Below are positions 8,102-17,363 of a DNA stretch of 55,118 nucleotides, in pieces (within the stretch, counting starts at the first letter, position 1; the number at the start of each line of letters is the position of its first letter). Both the position numbers and the translations under genes were made by a program. This DNA comes from a virus (Duplodnaviria > Caudoviricetes): IMG/VR virus record IMGVR_UViG_3300018080_000025, positions 1-55,118 of that record, one strand, 5' to 3'. The notes under the pieces were generated by a model. The model had not been told where the DNA came from. It saw only the letters and a list, made by a program, of their open reading frames with translations, and searched no databases.

Positions 8102-8355
8102 TCTGCCCGAATTGCTACCACGACGGCGACGATTACCCGTCCATCCCCGGCGTCGATGGCTCAGCCCGGCCACAGCTCACGGCCTGCCCCGAATGTGGTT
8201 CGGCAATCGTGATCGACGAATGGGACAACGCCTGCCGCCTCAGCGCCAACGCCTACATGGAACTCCCCCACTGGCTCCAGGCCGAGTTGCGGTCGATGCG
8301 GAGGTGCGGGGTGAGCAAGCTTCACAGGGAGCTTCGCGTACCCACAGGGACGTAG
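8098..8355 (+). CDS. Zinc-ribbon hypothetical protein
   Basis: CPNC...CPEC; ATGA overlap. Confidence 0.55.
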   Translation: MICPNCYHDGDDYPSIPGVDGSARPQLTACPECGSAIVIDEWDNACRLSANAYMELPHWLQAELRSMRRCGVSKLHRELRVPTGT

Positions 8356-8370
8356 TGGGAAGGGGCTCGG

Positions 8371-9117
8371 ATGCCCAAGGACTCGATTAACATGCCTCGT
8401 GCGATCCTCGCGGCCCCCGACCTTACGCCCATGGCCAAAATCGTCTACGCACTCATGGCCGACGGGAGCACTTCGAGGGGCCTTTGTAGGCTCAGTTTGC
8501 GTTCTTTGGCAGCCCAGATAAGTGTCGACAAGGCCACAATCGCGCGCGCGCTCGCCGACCTTAGAAACGTCGGCCTCATTACAGCGCAACTCCATGGCAG
8601 AGGCAAACTTACGGAACATGTCGTCCGCCGCCCAACTGTCCGCAAAGCGCGGTCACCGCAAAGCGCGTACACTTCCAAACTGTCCGCAAAGCGCATACAG
8701 TCGGGAGATGTAAGTCCTGCCCCCGAAAGCACTTGCGCCGAGGAGCCCCATAGTGTCCGCAAAGCGCGTACAGTTGAGCAGCCACCCGAAGACGTTCCAG
8801 ACCAGATCATCGACCTTGCCCGGCAGTTTTTCGGCCAGCCGGCCATTGGCAGTTATCCCCTCGGGCTTTTGGGTGAGCGCATCAGCACTTACGGGGCCAA
8901 TGTCGTCGAAGTCGGCTTGAAGATCGCCATCGAGGGCAACCCCTCCCGCCGCTCCTGGGCCTATCTCGACAGCATCCTCAAAAGCGGGGCTCAGCGATTC
9001 AGGGACGAACAGGGCAAGCATCGGCCCCGCCGGCGGCCCAAGCCGAAGGCCCTTCTGGACGCCGAGGAGGAGGCCGAAGCCAAGGAATCCAGGCGGCAAC
9101 TGGAGGAGCTGTTCTGA
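8371..9117 (+). CDS. Replication initiator (N-terminal winged HTH, DnaD-like C-terminus)
   Basis: LTPMAKIVY...SLRSLAAQISVDKATIARALADLRNVGLI; C-terminal WAYLDSILK; internal iterons. Confidence 0.75.
   Translation: MPKDSINMPRAILAAPDLTPMAKIVYALMADGSTSRGLCRLSLRSLAAQISVDKATIARALADLRNVGLITAQLHGRGKLTEHVVRRPTVRKARSPQSAYTSKLSAKRIQSGDVSPAPESTCAEEPHSVRKARTVEQPPEDVPDQIIDLARQFFGQPAIGSYPLGLLGERISTYGANVVEVGLKIAIEGNPSRRSWAYLDSILKSGAQRFRDEQGKHRPRRRPKPKALLDAEEEAEAKESRRQLEELF
8637..8772 (+). repeat. Iterons, putative replication origin
   Basis: Four copies of CCGCAAAGCGC (consensus TGTCCGCAAAGCGCGTACA) at about 8637, 8656, 8681 and 8754. Confidence 0.8.
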
Positions 9118-9617
9118 TGCCGGCGATGACGTGGGACCAATATGCCGAGCAAGTCGAGCCGGTGCTTCGCGATCTGTGGCCCAAATGGGACTACAACGAC
9201 GAAATCGCGACCATCGTACATCGGAAAGTCAGCGGATACTTTCCTGAAACGGTCGTGAAAGCAATGCGTCGGCACCGGGAGGAATCGTTCGACGGATCGG
9301 CCCGGGTGCATCCGCGGCCCAACATCGGGACCGTCACGGAACTCTGTCGCAAAGCCGTCGAGGGCGAACGAAAGACATCGTGGCTGGATCGCCAGGTGCG
9401 TGAGCATCAGGAGCACTACTCCTGGTGGGCTCACAAGGGCTGGGAGTGCCCACCGGAACACGAGTTGCGGGCCATGATTCAAGAAGGCAGACAGACGCCG
9501 CTCCAACTCCACTGCCGGAAAGAAGTCGGCAAGATCGGGCGGATGCTGTTTCACCCGGGTTACAAGACGCGGCGGGACCTAGGCGCCGCTGAGGCGGAAA
9601 GCGAGGCAGCGGAATGA
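9117..9617 (+). CDS. Hypothetical protein, possible helicase loader or inhibitor
   Basis: Coupled directly after the initiator; PNIGTVTELC-type motif; assignment mainly positional. Confidence 0.45.
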   Translation: MPAMTWDQYAEQVEPVLRDLWPKWDYNDEIATIVHRKVSGYFPETVVKAMRRHREESFDGSARVHPRPNIGTVTELCRKAVEGERKTSWLDRQVREHQEHYSWWAHKGWECPPEHELRAMIQEGRQTPLQLHCRKEVGKIGRMLFHPGYKTRRDLGAAEAESEAAE

Positions 9618-10159
9618 TCGTCATCGGTATCGACCCGGGGCTGACCGGCGCCTTGGTTGCAATGGGGAGATTCGAGCCGATTGCCATCTCGATGCCCGTA
9701 ATAGGCACAGGTAAACGCGGCCGGAGGCAGGTCGATGCAAAAGGTTTGAAGGAATGGCTGGATCGTGTCGCCGTTTTCGACGACGAACCCCCGCACGTCT
9801 TCATTGAGAAGGTCTTCGCCATGGGCCGGCATTTAGACAAAAGAACGGGGCGGATGGTCGGCCAGAGCACCATGACGGCGTTCACGTTCGGCATGGGATA
9901 TGGAATAATCTTGGGCGTTGTCGAATCGCTTGGTTTCCCACACACACTCGTTTCGCCGAAGACGTGGCAAAAGGCCATGCTGCGCGATCTGGCGCACGAG
10001 GATACGAAGAAGGCATCGGTCTGGCGAGCAAACCAATTGTTTCCGCATGTGCAACTAAAACGCACGTCGCGCTCCCGCATCGACGATCACGGCATGGCGG
10101 ACGCCTTATTGATCGCTGAGTACGGCAGTCGGCAACTGAGAGGCGAGAGGGTCTTTTGA
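9614..10159 (+). CDS. ruvC: RuvC-like Holliday junction resolvase
   Basis: IGIDPGLTGA, VFIEKV, PKTWQK, ADALLIA. Confidence 0.88.
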   Translation: MIVIGIDPGLTGALVAMGRFEPIAISMPVIGTGKRGRRQVDAKGLKEWLDRVAVFDDEPPHVFIEKVFAMGRHLDKRTGRMVGQSTMTAFTFGMGYGIILGVVESLGFPHTLVSPKTWQKAMLRDLAHEDTKKASVWRANQLFPHVQLKRTSRSRIDDHGMADALLIAEYGSRQLRGERVF

Positions 10160-10160
10160 T

Positions 10161-10394
10161 ATGCGGCGAGGCCCTCTGAATACCTGGCAGCTCGCCGAAG
10201 CCTGGGAGGCTGAGCATGGCGAATTACGCTGTGTGCTGTGCGGCGAGCTTCTGAAGTTGCGCGACGCCGACACGACGTGGTACAAAGGCCAACCGTTCTG
10301 CTCGGATCACGACGCCCTGCTGATTCAAGGCATGCAGGAAGCCGAAGAGGAACGCAAGCGGCAACGGCTGCCCGATCCATACTACGCGAGGTGA
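10161..10394 (+). CDS. Zinc-binding hypothetical protein
   Basis: CVLC...CSDH. Confidence 0.55.
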   Translation: MRRGPLNTWQLAEAWEAEHGELRCVLCGELLKLRDADTTWYKGQPFCSDHDALLIQGMQEAEEERKRQRLPDPYYAR

Positions 10395-10489
10395 GTGATG
10401 ATGGCCGATTGGCTTCTGTTTCTGTGGATATACGCAATGGCTTGGCTCGATCTGTTGCTCTGGCCAGTGGCGCTGATGGGAGGTGCGAC

Positions 10490-10933
10490 GTGAATGTGTA
10501 TGTAGCATCATCTTGGCGGAATGAACGACAACCTGCAATTGTCGCCGCACTGCGATCCGCAGGATACGAAGTCTATGACTTTCGTAATCCACAGGAGGAT
10601 GATAGGGGGTTCCACTGGTCTCAAATAGATGAAGGTTGGCGGTCATGGACAGTAAGTCAGTTCTGCGAAGGCTTATTGCACCCCTTGGCGGACGCAGGCT
10701 ACGACAAGGATATTGCCGCCCTCGAGGCCGCAGACGTTTGTGTGCTCGTTCTCCCGGCCGGGGCATCGGCGCACCTAGAAGCAGGATACCACGCCGGGCA
10801 AGGCAAGCCACTGATGATTCTCGCGACCAACGGAGAGCCAGAACTCATGTATAAGATGGCGAGTCATATCTGCGAGACGATCGACCAAATGCTTTCAGCA
10901 TTGGAAATCTGGGCCGTCGATGGGACAGTGTGA
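10490..10933 (+). CDS. Nucleoside 2-deoxyribosyltransferase-like protein
   Basis: VYVASSWRN, ADVCVLVLPAGASAHLEAGY; GGAGGT RBS and GTG start. Confidence 0.75.
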   Translation: MNVYVASSWRNERQPAIVAALRSAGYEVYDFRNPQEDDRGFHWSQIDEGWRSWTVSQFCEGLLHPLADAGYDKDIAALEAADVCVLVLPAGASAHLEAGYHAGQGKPLMILATNGEPELMYKMASHICETIDQMLSALEIWAVDGTV

Positions 10934-10934
10934 C

Positions 10935-11228
10935 ATGAAATGCCAACGGTGCGGAGCTTGTTGCCGCACGCTACTCGTCGAGTGCGATTACGATGACTGC
11001 GTCCGTGAGCCGAGGCTGCTTAAGCCATCCACCAATCCGCACGGCCTATCGCTGGCGGATTTAGAAGGCGGCGAGAAGTGCATCAAGCTCTGGCGCTGTC
11101 GTTTTCTTGGCCCAGACAACCTGTGCACGATCTACGCAACGCGACCGCAGGAATGCCGCGATTTTGAGCCTGGCAACCCGAAATGCCTAGAAGCCCGCGA
11201 AGAATGCCACACGGGAGATATGCCATGA
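10935..11228 (+). CDS. YkgJ-family Zn/Fe-chelating cysteine-cluster protein
   Basis: CQRCGACC...CRFL...[14 protein letters not shown]. Confidence 0.85.
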   Translation: MKCQRCGACCRTLLVECDYDDCVREPRLLKPSTNPHGLSLADLEGGEKCIKLWRCRFLGPDNLCTIYATRPQECRDFEPGNPKCLEAREECHTGDMP

Positions 11229-11809
11229 CACCCGACGAACTAAAAACCGTGCTCGCAGAACATGGAAAGTGGCTGCGCGGTGATGGTGGAAAACAGGCGG
11301 ATCTCCGCAGGGCGTATCTCCACGGGGCGGATCTCAGCGGGGCGAATCTCCGCGGGGCGAATCTCATCGAGGCGTATCTCAGCGGGGCGGATCTCATCGA
11401 GGCGAATCTCATCGGGGCGAATCTCAGCGGGGCGAATCTCAGCGGGGCGAATCTCAGCGGGGCGGATCTCCGCGGGGCGAATCTCAGCGGGGCGAATCTC
11501 AGCGGGGCGGATCTCCGCGGGGCGGATCTCAGCGGGGCGTATCTCAGCAGGGCGGATCTCAGCAGGGCCACGCTTAACTGGGACTCCCACGATCTGCTGG
11601 CTGAGATACTGCGACAGGCGGCCGGCGACGATATAGCCAAGCGCAAGCTGGCCGGACTCGTGCTGGTGGGTCGCGATTGGTGCTGGGACGATTTTCTCGC
11701 GTTAGATGATCCGCTGCGTGATTGGGCGCTTGATACGCTGGCGGTATACGCGACACCTGATGACGACGCGCCGGACGAAATACAGAAGCGAGCGGGAGGT
11801 GCGACGTGA
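11225..11809 (+). CDS. Pentapeptide-repeat protein
   Basis: About 19 A(D/N/Y)LxG repeats after LAEHGKWL; 15-bp DNA tandem repeats. Confidence 0.92.
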   Translation: MTPDELKTVLAEHGKWLRGDGGKQADLRRAYLHGADLSGANLRGANLIEAYLSGADLIEANLIGANLSGANLSGANLSGADLRGANLSGANLSGADLRGADLSGAYLSRADLSRATLNWDSHDLLAEILRQAAGDDIAKRKLAGLVLVGRDWCWDDFLALDDPLRDWALDTLAVYATPDDDAPDEIQKRAGGAT

Positions 11810-12108
11810 GCGACATAGCCAATGAACTGCGGCGCGCAGCGCAACCTCTACATGCGCCGACGACCGAATTGATCAAAGACGCGGCCGCCGAGCTGGAGCG
11901 GCTGGAGCGGGATAATGAGAATTTGCGTAGCTTGGTAGGTGAATTGGCGACCTGGCTCAAAGACCCGCCACCACCAGCGCCGCCGGAGCACATCTGCGGC
12001 CCGGATGCCAACTGCGACTTCGATTGTATGCTCCGTGCCAGGATGTACGAGACGTTAGATAATGCCCGCGCCGCCATCCGCGCCGCAGAGGAGGTCGAAG
12101 ATGAGTAA
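11806..12108 (+). CDS. Hypothetical protein
   Basis: GGAGGT RBS, GTGA overlap, coiled coil. Confidence 0.6.
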   Translation: MSDIANELRRAAQPLHAPTTELIKDAAAELERLERDNENLRSLVGELATWLKDPPPPAPPEHICGPDANCDFDCMLRARMYETLDNARAAIRAAEEVEDE

Positions 12109-12460
12109 ACCAGACAAGCGATTTGTACTGCGGACCAAGGCGAATCAACTGATCGGCGGACCTGATTGCTCGCTGCTCGATCCGCTCTCGCCCGACGAAG
12201 CCGATGCGCTCCGCACGCATGACTCGCAGGTGGTATGCGAGGTGATAAGCGCAACAGACATGGAGACGCTCAGATCGTCGCACCGGCAGTTGTTGAGCCT
12301 CGCCCGGTCGCTGTGCTATGTCATTGCGTCGAGAAATGGTCGGCTCGAAAGGGAGCTACGCGAATTGGTTGATGCTACACGCAAGGCGTCGTTTGCGATG
12401 ACAATTCGCGAGGCGGACGCCATGATAAATGCCGCCGAGGTTATCGAGGAGGAGCAGTGA
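12101..12460 (+). CDS. Hypothetical protein
   Basis: GGAGG RBS; coupled ORF. Confidence 0.55.
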   Translation: MSKPDKRFVLRTKANQLIGGPDCSLLDPLSPDEADALRTHDSQVVCEVISATDMETLRSSHRQLLSLARSLCYVIASRNGRLERELRELVDATRKASFAMTIREADAMINAAEVIEEEQ

Positions 12461-13158
12461 TGAAAGCCTACGGCGCCATCTTCCGCGGCTGGGAAGTGCG
12501 AGCGTTCCTCGATGGAACGAAGACGCGGTACACGGTGCCGATGAAGACGCAACCGCCGGCCAGCACCAGGCGCATGGTTCCATCTCAATCCACGCGACAT
12601 TGGTTGCCCGTTGTTCCTCAGGTGCGCGGCCCCCTCGGCTGTCTGGGGCGGGGGCCGCTGGATATCCAGGGTTGCGGCCAACCAATCTGCGTCAATGGGC
12701 CAATTGTCGGCGACCGCGTGTGGGTGAAGGAAACGTGGGAACTCATCCAGATCATCGAAGACACTTACTGCGGCGGATGGGATGGCGATACATGGAAGGG
12801 CTCAATTCCAAAGTACAGGCCGAACCGCTGCGCTATTCGCTATCGGGCTACAGATGATGACCCATCTGAAGGCTCATGGCGCCCATCTATCAGTCTGCCT
12901 CGTTGGGCTTCACGCTTGACGCTGGAGGTGGCGGAACTGCGGATGCGGCGAGTGCAGGACATGGGGCCGGACGACGCGAACGCAGAGGGGTGCCCGGATG
13001 AACTTGGGGGCGAATACTGCGTCGACGGAATGGACGCGAGCGTTGTCTGGTTCATGGATCACTGGGACAGACGCTACCTGCGGAAAGGTCTGGGTTGGGA
13101 CCGCAACCCTTGGGTTATCGTCCGCGACGTGCGGCGAGTGGAGGAATCCGAACCATGA
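12457..13158 (+). CDS. ASCH/PUA-like phage protein
   Basis: VRAFLDGTKT, GDRVWVKETW, WRPSISLPRWASRLTLEV, AEG, WDRNPWV. Confidence 0.75.
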   Translation: MMKAYGAIFRGWEVRAFLDGTKTRYTVPMKTQPPASTRRMVPSQSTRHWLPVVPQVRGPLGCLGRGPLDIQGCGQPICVNGPIVGDRVWVKETWELIQIIEDTYCGGWDGDTWKGSIPKYRPNRCAIRYRATDDDPSEGSWRPSISLPRWASRLTLEVAELRMRRVQDMGPDDANAEGCPDELGGEYCVDGMDASVVWFMDHWDRRYLRKGLGWDRNPWVIVRDVRRVEESEP

Positions 13159-13427
13159 GCGAACAACGCATTCCGGAGCGTAGGCGCTGCCCCGTATGTG
13201 GCAATGAAGGCTATATGTTAGACGAGCCGACAGTTGACAATCGTATTCGCCAACTTGAGGCAGAGAATGCCCGCCTGCGCAGACAAGTCGAGGCGTGGGA
13301 ACAGGCCGTCAATGCGTGCGAGCAAGCCATGGATGTGGACAGCCCAACGGCCTTTGGAGCCAACGCGCTCGCCCATATGTCTATTATCCGTCACCATGTG
13401 CGACTGCTTTTGGAGCGCAAACTATGA
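13155..13427 (+). CDS. Hypothetical protein
   Basis: CPVC plus coiled coil; coupled ORF. Confidence 0.55.
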   Translation: MSEQRIPERRRCPVCGNEGYMLDEPTVDNRIRQLEAENARLRRQVEAWEQAVNACEQAMDVDSPTAFGANALAHMSIIRHHVRLLLERKL

Positions 13428-13942
13428 GAACGCTACAGGACATCGCGCGCGGCCTGCGTGAGCTGTCGATGAACACGGGCCGTGCCGACGTAAGCTTCTG
13501 GCTATGTGAATACGCGGGCGAACTCGACAAACACGTCGCCGAGAATGTTTGCCACGGAACCATGGGTGATAATCCGCAAAACACGCCGCGCGTGCCACCG
13601 CCGGAAGATGGTTTATACCTCGTTACGGCACAGGGCAACGTCACAATGTTTGAATGGTTTGGCCCGCCATCCGATGCCGAGGCGCTGCAGAAGTTGCCGA
13701 AAACGCAAGATGGTGTGCGCCTTGCGCCGGGCGACAGCGCATGGCACGCGCACGATCTACATGGCCGACCATGCGAACCCGTTGAAGGGAAAGTGGAATG
13801 GCATGGTGATCCGTATGCGTTTTTAACACGGCTGAGGCTCCCCGCAGGCAAGAACCTGATGGATGTTCTGTGTTATCATCCCATAGAAGAATGCTATTCC
13901 ACCCGCGAGGCCGCAGAGGCGGCGGAGGATCACGATGAATGA
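13424..13942 (+). CDS. Paralog 1 of the LPKTxDG...CYSTREAAEAAE family
   Basis: C-terminal domain shared with the next two genes. Confidence 0.7.
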   Translation: MRTLQDIARGLRELSMNTGRADVSFWLCEYAGELDKHVAENVCHGTMGDNPQNTPRVPPPEDGLYLVTAQGNVTMFEWFGPPSDAEALQKLPKTQDGVRLAPGDSAWHAHDLHGRPCEPVEGKVEWHGDPYAFLTRLRLPAGKNLMDVLCYHPIEECYSTREAAEAAEDHDE

Positions 13943-14309
13943 TAACATGATCGGCTGTACGTGCATGGAACCCGGATGTCTTGCCTGTAAATTGACGCTT
14001 GCCAGAGCTACGATAGCCGACTTGCGTGGCAAGGCCGAGGGGCTTGAAGCCATTGTCTCCCGCCTGCCGAAGACGGCGGACGGGGCGCGCGTCGTGCCGC
14101 TCGATAGCGCGTGGGCCATCGTCGATTTCTACGGGCGCCCATGCGATCCGGTCGAGGGTACGGTCTGTCTCGACGAGGACTGGAAAGGCTTCGCGGTGCA
14201 GCTACTCTTACCCGGCAACAACCCGGCAATGCGAACGATGAAGTACCTTCCGGTCGGCGACTGCTACTCCACCCGCGAGGCCGCAGAAGCAGCGGAGGAA
14301 CAACCATGA
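13935..14309 (+). CDS. Paralog 2 of the LPKTxDG...CYSTREAAEAAE family
   Basis: LPKTADG, GRPCDPVEG, CYSTREAAEAAE. Confidence 0.7.
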   Translation: MNDNMIGCTCMEPGCLACKLTLARATIADLRGKAEGLEAIVSRLPKTADGARVVPLDSAWAIVDFYGRPCDPVEGTVCLDEDWKGFAVQLLLPGNNPAMRTMKYLPVGDCYSTREAAEAAEEQP

Positions 14310-14908
14310 ACGGCGATCTGCGGGAAGATTTGCGAGCATTGAAAGCGGAAAACAGCCGCCTCGAATCGCAACTGTCCGACGCCCAGCGCCAGATTGCCGT
14401 GCTGACTTCGTGGGTCGATAGTGCTATCGCCGCCCTCGAACCCGTGCTCGCCGAGTATGACGCCGATGGTGAGTGCGCGCTGCCCGAGATCGTAAGCGGC
14501 GTGGTGGCGGATCTGTTGCGCCTCCGCGACGAGAACAAACAGTTGCGCCAAGCAAACGAGGAATACCGCGGCTGGGAAAACTGGCGGCATGGCCTCTGGC
14601 TTATTGGTGAGGGGGAAATCGGGCCAAGCGCCGAGTACATCGGCTCCGTTGCCGACGCCGAGGCGCTGAAGAAGCTGCCGAGGACACGGGACGGAAAGCT
14701 CGTCGTGCCGGGGATGACGCTCTATGTTTTGAAATATGGGCGCCACGCATTCTCCGCAGAAAACTTCCATTGGAAAATCGACAGTTATCCAGACCAGGCG
14801 TTTGTCCGCGGATATTGGGGCACGAGTGGCTACGACAGTGATTTTAGGTGGTCCAACTGCTATTCCACCCGCGAGGCCGCAGAAGCAGCGGAGAACAGCG
14901 ATGCCTAA
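14306..14908 (+). CDS. Paralog 3 of the LPxTxDG...CYSTREAAEAAE family
   Basis: DAEALKKLPRTRDG, CYSTREAAEAAE. Confidence 0.7.
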   Translation: MNGDLREDLRALKAENSRLESQLSDAQRQIAVLTSWVDSAIAALEPVLAEYDADGECALPEIVSGVVADLLRLRDENKQLRQANEEYRGWENWRHGLWLIGEGEIGPSAEYIGSVADAEALKKLPRTRDGKLVVPGMTLYVLKYGRHAFSAENFHWKIDSYPDQAFVRGYWGTSGYDSDFRWSNCYSTREAAEAAENSDA

Positions 14909-15095
14909 GTACCGATGCTTTACGTGCGGACGCGTGCTCGATGTCAGCAGATGCCTAGAGCCTGGGCCTGTGGCGTATGACGTGCACCCATGCCTGCGAT
15001 GCCAAGAAGCAGCCCATGCACGAGGCTACCATGTTGCTATGCGTGAGAACCGAGCAGCCGAACAGGGGCAATACGATGGCCAAGAAGAAGCGTAA
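14901..15095 (+). CDS. Small zinc-binding hypothetical protein
   Basis: CFTC...CLRC. Confidence 0.5.
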   Translation: MPKYRCFTCGRVLDVSRCLEPGPVAYDVHPCLRCQEAAHARGYHVAMRENRAAEQGQYDGQEEA

Positions 15096-15246
15096 GCGAC
15101 TCAGGCAGGGCCGCGACTGGCACGGATGGGCGTGGAAGACGAGAAGCGGGAAGTTCTTCTTCTTCGCTGAGCCCAGAATGCCGAAAATCCCTGCCGATCT
15201 TGGGAATGGCCAGTGGGTCCGCGTGAAGTTCGTTGAGGTGCAATAA
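15076..15246 (+). CDS. Small basic hypothetical protein
   Basis: MAKKKRKR...WVRVKFVEV; overlaps the upstream stop. Confidence 0.5.
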   Translation: MAKKKRKRLRQGRDWHGWAWKTRSGKFFFFAEPRMPKIPADLGNGQWVRVKFVEVQ

Positions 15247-15248
15247 CA

Positions 15249-15464
15249 GTGCGGTGGTCGGCGTGGATGGTGACACGCTCTGCGGTGAAGCGGTCCGGCG
15301 AGATACCACGGGAAGTGTGCGGTGTTCGATTACTCATTATGGGTTCGGGCCGGCATGCCCGTGGAACGGACTGGGATACTGCGACACAGGCAGGATGCAC
15401 GTAGCTGGTCCCTGGAGCGTAAACCGGACGAATGCAACCCGGGTCAGAACCGGGACTACCGCAC
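15249..15464 (+). ncRNA. Candidate tRNA-like RNA with a long insert
   Basis: GTGCGGTGGT/ACTACCGCAC closing stem, D-like arm GCGTG-GATGGTGA-CACGC, T-like arm CCCGG-GTCAGAA-CCGGG. Confidence 0.5.
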
Positions 15465-15662
15465 ACAAATTCTTTCGTAGCGAACTGGGCCGTGAATGGC
15501 AGAACCGAAGTACAAGGTTCCGATCGCAGGCGAAGGGCGCGCCTGGCCAAGTCCAGAGCCCTGCTATTGTAAAACCGCGGCGAGGCCCTCGGGCGGCATG
15601 GGGAGCTTGCCATGGGCTGACGCTCCATAAGCCCACCACGCCGCTTTTCAAGGAGACAAACG

Positions 15663-15905
15663 ATGTCAGTAGGCAACAAGGCCGCGTTCCCGATGAATCT
15701 CGGGCTCGACCAGGACGGCCAGCAGCAACATGTGCGCGGAATGACATACGGCGAGTGGTTGTTTGGCCAATGCCTGCGCAGTTGCTTGGAGCACCGAGGC
15801 GGCGCAAAGACGGTGGAGGAGTTAGTTGATATTGCTCTCGCCGCGACAAACGACGCAATCGCCAAGCTCGATGCCGAGCCTGCCGGAAGGCGAGGTGAAA
15901 CATGA
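15663..15905 (+). CDS. Hypothetical phage protein
   Basis: AAGGAG RBS; AAFP...GMTYGEWLFGQ motif common in small phage proteins. Confidence 0.65.
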   Translation: MSVGNKAAFPMNLGLDQDGQQQHVRGMTYGEWLFGQCLRSCLEHRGGAKTVEELVDIALAATNDAIAKLDAEPAGRRGET

Positions 15906-16096
15906 TCGTGCATTGGTACTCGGGGCTCAGGCAAGGCACGATCTTCGGGCCGAACGACTTCGGTTCCGTCGCGCGCCTTGATGCGTGCCACTCGATAGAC
16001 AACGCCGACGAACGCCTTGCAATGCTCGGCTGGCGTCGGCGCGAAGCATGGCGCAAAACCGAGTGGGGCTACGAAGCCAAGCTGCGGAGGCGATGA
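15902..16096 (+). CDS. Hypothetical protein
   Basis: GAGGTG RBS, ATGA overlap. Confidence 0.55.
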   Translation: MIVHWYSGLRQGTIFGPNDFGSVARLDACHSIDNADERLAMLGWRRREAWRKTEWGYEAKLRRR

Positions 16097-16479
16097 TGGA
16101 CCGTTACGTGCTGCTCGACGAAAACGGCAACATCTGCCCCTATCTCGGCGCGCCTACATGCACCTGGGAGCAGGCACGGCACTATCTGCCCAGCGGTGAT
16201 CGCGCCAGCGCCGGTCTCCAGGTGTACCGCCTGGAACCAGCACAGTCGCCCGATGACGCGAAACGCATTCTGCACAGCCGCCTTGAGGGCTTAAGGATCA
16301 TCCGTGGCGCCCCCACGGCTATCTACTGGGAAACGTGCGCCGACGGCATGGACCGGGTGAGGCTCGGCGAGCCGATGGATGATGTCCGCGGCACTGCACT
16401 GTGCGACATGTTCTGTGTCGCATTTCGTGCCTATTGGCAGGCCGAGTGCCAGAGGGTTGGGATAACGCAGGAGTTGTAG
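16093..16479 (+). CDS. Hypothetical protein
   Basis: GGAGG RBS, ATGA overlap. Confidence 0.55.
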   Translation: MMDRYVLLDENGNICPYLGAPTCTWEQARHYLPSGDRASAGLQVYRLEPAQSPDDAKRILHSRLEGLRIIRGAPTAIYWETCADGMDRVRLGEPMDDVRGTALCDMFCVAFRAYWQAECQRVGITQEL

Positions 16480-16485
16480 GTGGGT

Positions 16486-16770
16486 ATGCCGACTGATCTG
16501 ATCCAGATCGAGGAGCGCATGTACTCCGCCCCCGAGGTCGCGCGCCTTGTGCATCGGAGTCCAGGCTACGTGCAACTCCTGTTGGATCGCGGCCAGCTTG
16601 AGGGCGTCCGTTCGCGAAGCCCGAGCGGCCGACCCGGACAGTGGCGCATCTACCCTAATAGCTTGCGTAAATGGCTCGGTGTGGATGCCAAGCCGGCGCG
16701 GGGGCCTTCCCGGCGCGAGGTGGAAGCAGAGATTGAACGGTATGAGCGAAAACGCAAAGGCGATGGGTAA
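16486..16770 (+). CDS. Excisionase-like HTH (MerR/Xis) protein
   Basis: MYSAPEVARLVHRSPGYVQLLLDRGQLEG...QWRIYPNSLRKWL; close to the integrase. Confidence 0.75.
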   Translation: MPTDLIQIEERMYSAPEVARLVHRSPGYVQLLLDRGQLEGVRSRSPSGRPGQWRIYPNSLRKWLGVDAKPARGPSRREVEAEIERYERKRKGDG

Positions 16771-17044
16771 ACCGGTGGGACAACTTCGCGGCAGGGTCAT
16801 CGCGCCCACCTGCGTTCAGGTGCGCGACCAGAACGGCGTAGTGGCCGGCGTCCACCTATACCCTGGGCACACGGCAGAGCAAGTGCTATGCGCCCTGAAA
16901 ACGCTGAACGCCTGCACATACAGGGAGGCTGCCGCTTCCGCCGATGCCCTTGACCTCCTCGACGAGATTTCGGTGGACTCCGATTGTAAATACCGCGACC
17001 AGGCTCGGCGCATCATGGCGAAAGCGGGGTATGATAGCGAATGA
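16763..17044 (+). CDS. Hypothetical protein
   Basis: Coupled ORF. Confidence 0.45.
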   Translation: MGKPVGQLRGRVIAPTCVQVRDQNGVVAGVHLYPGHTAEQVLCALKTLNACTYREAAASADALDLLDEISVDSDCKYRDQARRIMAKAGYDSE

Positions 17045-17099
17045 GATGACAGGCCGTAGTTGATGCGCCGTTGTTCGTGGCCCTTTAAGAGGAAGAACC

Positions 17100-17363
17100 A
17101 TGACGAATGGCCCTGAGGACGAGGAACTTTTCGCCGTCGAAACCCAGCGGTTGCTCGACGAGATTGAGCGGCGCTATCCAATGGGGGTACTCATGCTTCA
17201 GCGAGAAGGCCGGAATGAAGGTAGTACCATGTACCTCATGCGAAGATGGGGTAATACGCTATGGAATGTTGGGGCCGCCGATAAGCTGAGGCGGGAGGCG
17301 AGAGCTGAGCACGATGGACTATGGGTTGTGCCGCCAGACCCAGAAGAAGAGGAGAACCCATGA
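17100..17363 (+). CDS. Hypothetical protein
   Basis: GAGGA RBS; ATGA-coupled to the next gene. Confidence 0.55.
   Translation: MTNGPEDEELFAVETQRLLDEIERRYPMGVLMLQREGRNEGSTMYLMRRWGNTLWNVGAADKLRREARAEHDGLWVVPPDPEEEENP

Noticed and set aside
11290-11575. 15-bp tandem repeats as a non-coding array
   Set aside because: Fully explained by the pentapeptide-repeat protein; the alternate-frame AEIRP and GRISA ORFs are shadows
13892-14895. Diversity-generating retroelement TR/VR pair
   Set aside because: No reverse transcriptase gene; the repeats are short, all coding, and differ only at a few mostly synonymous positions
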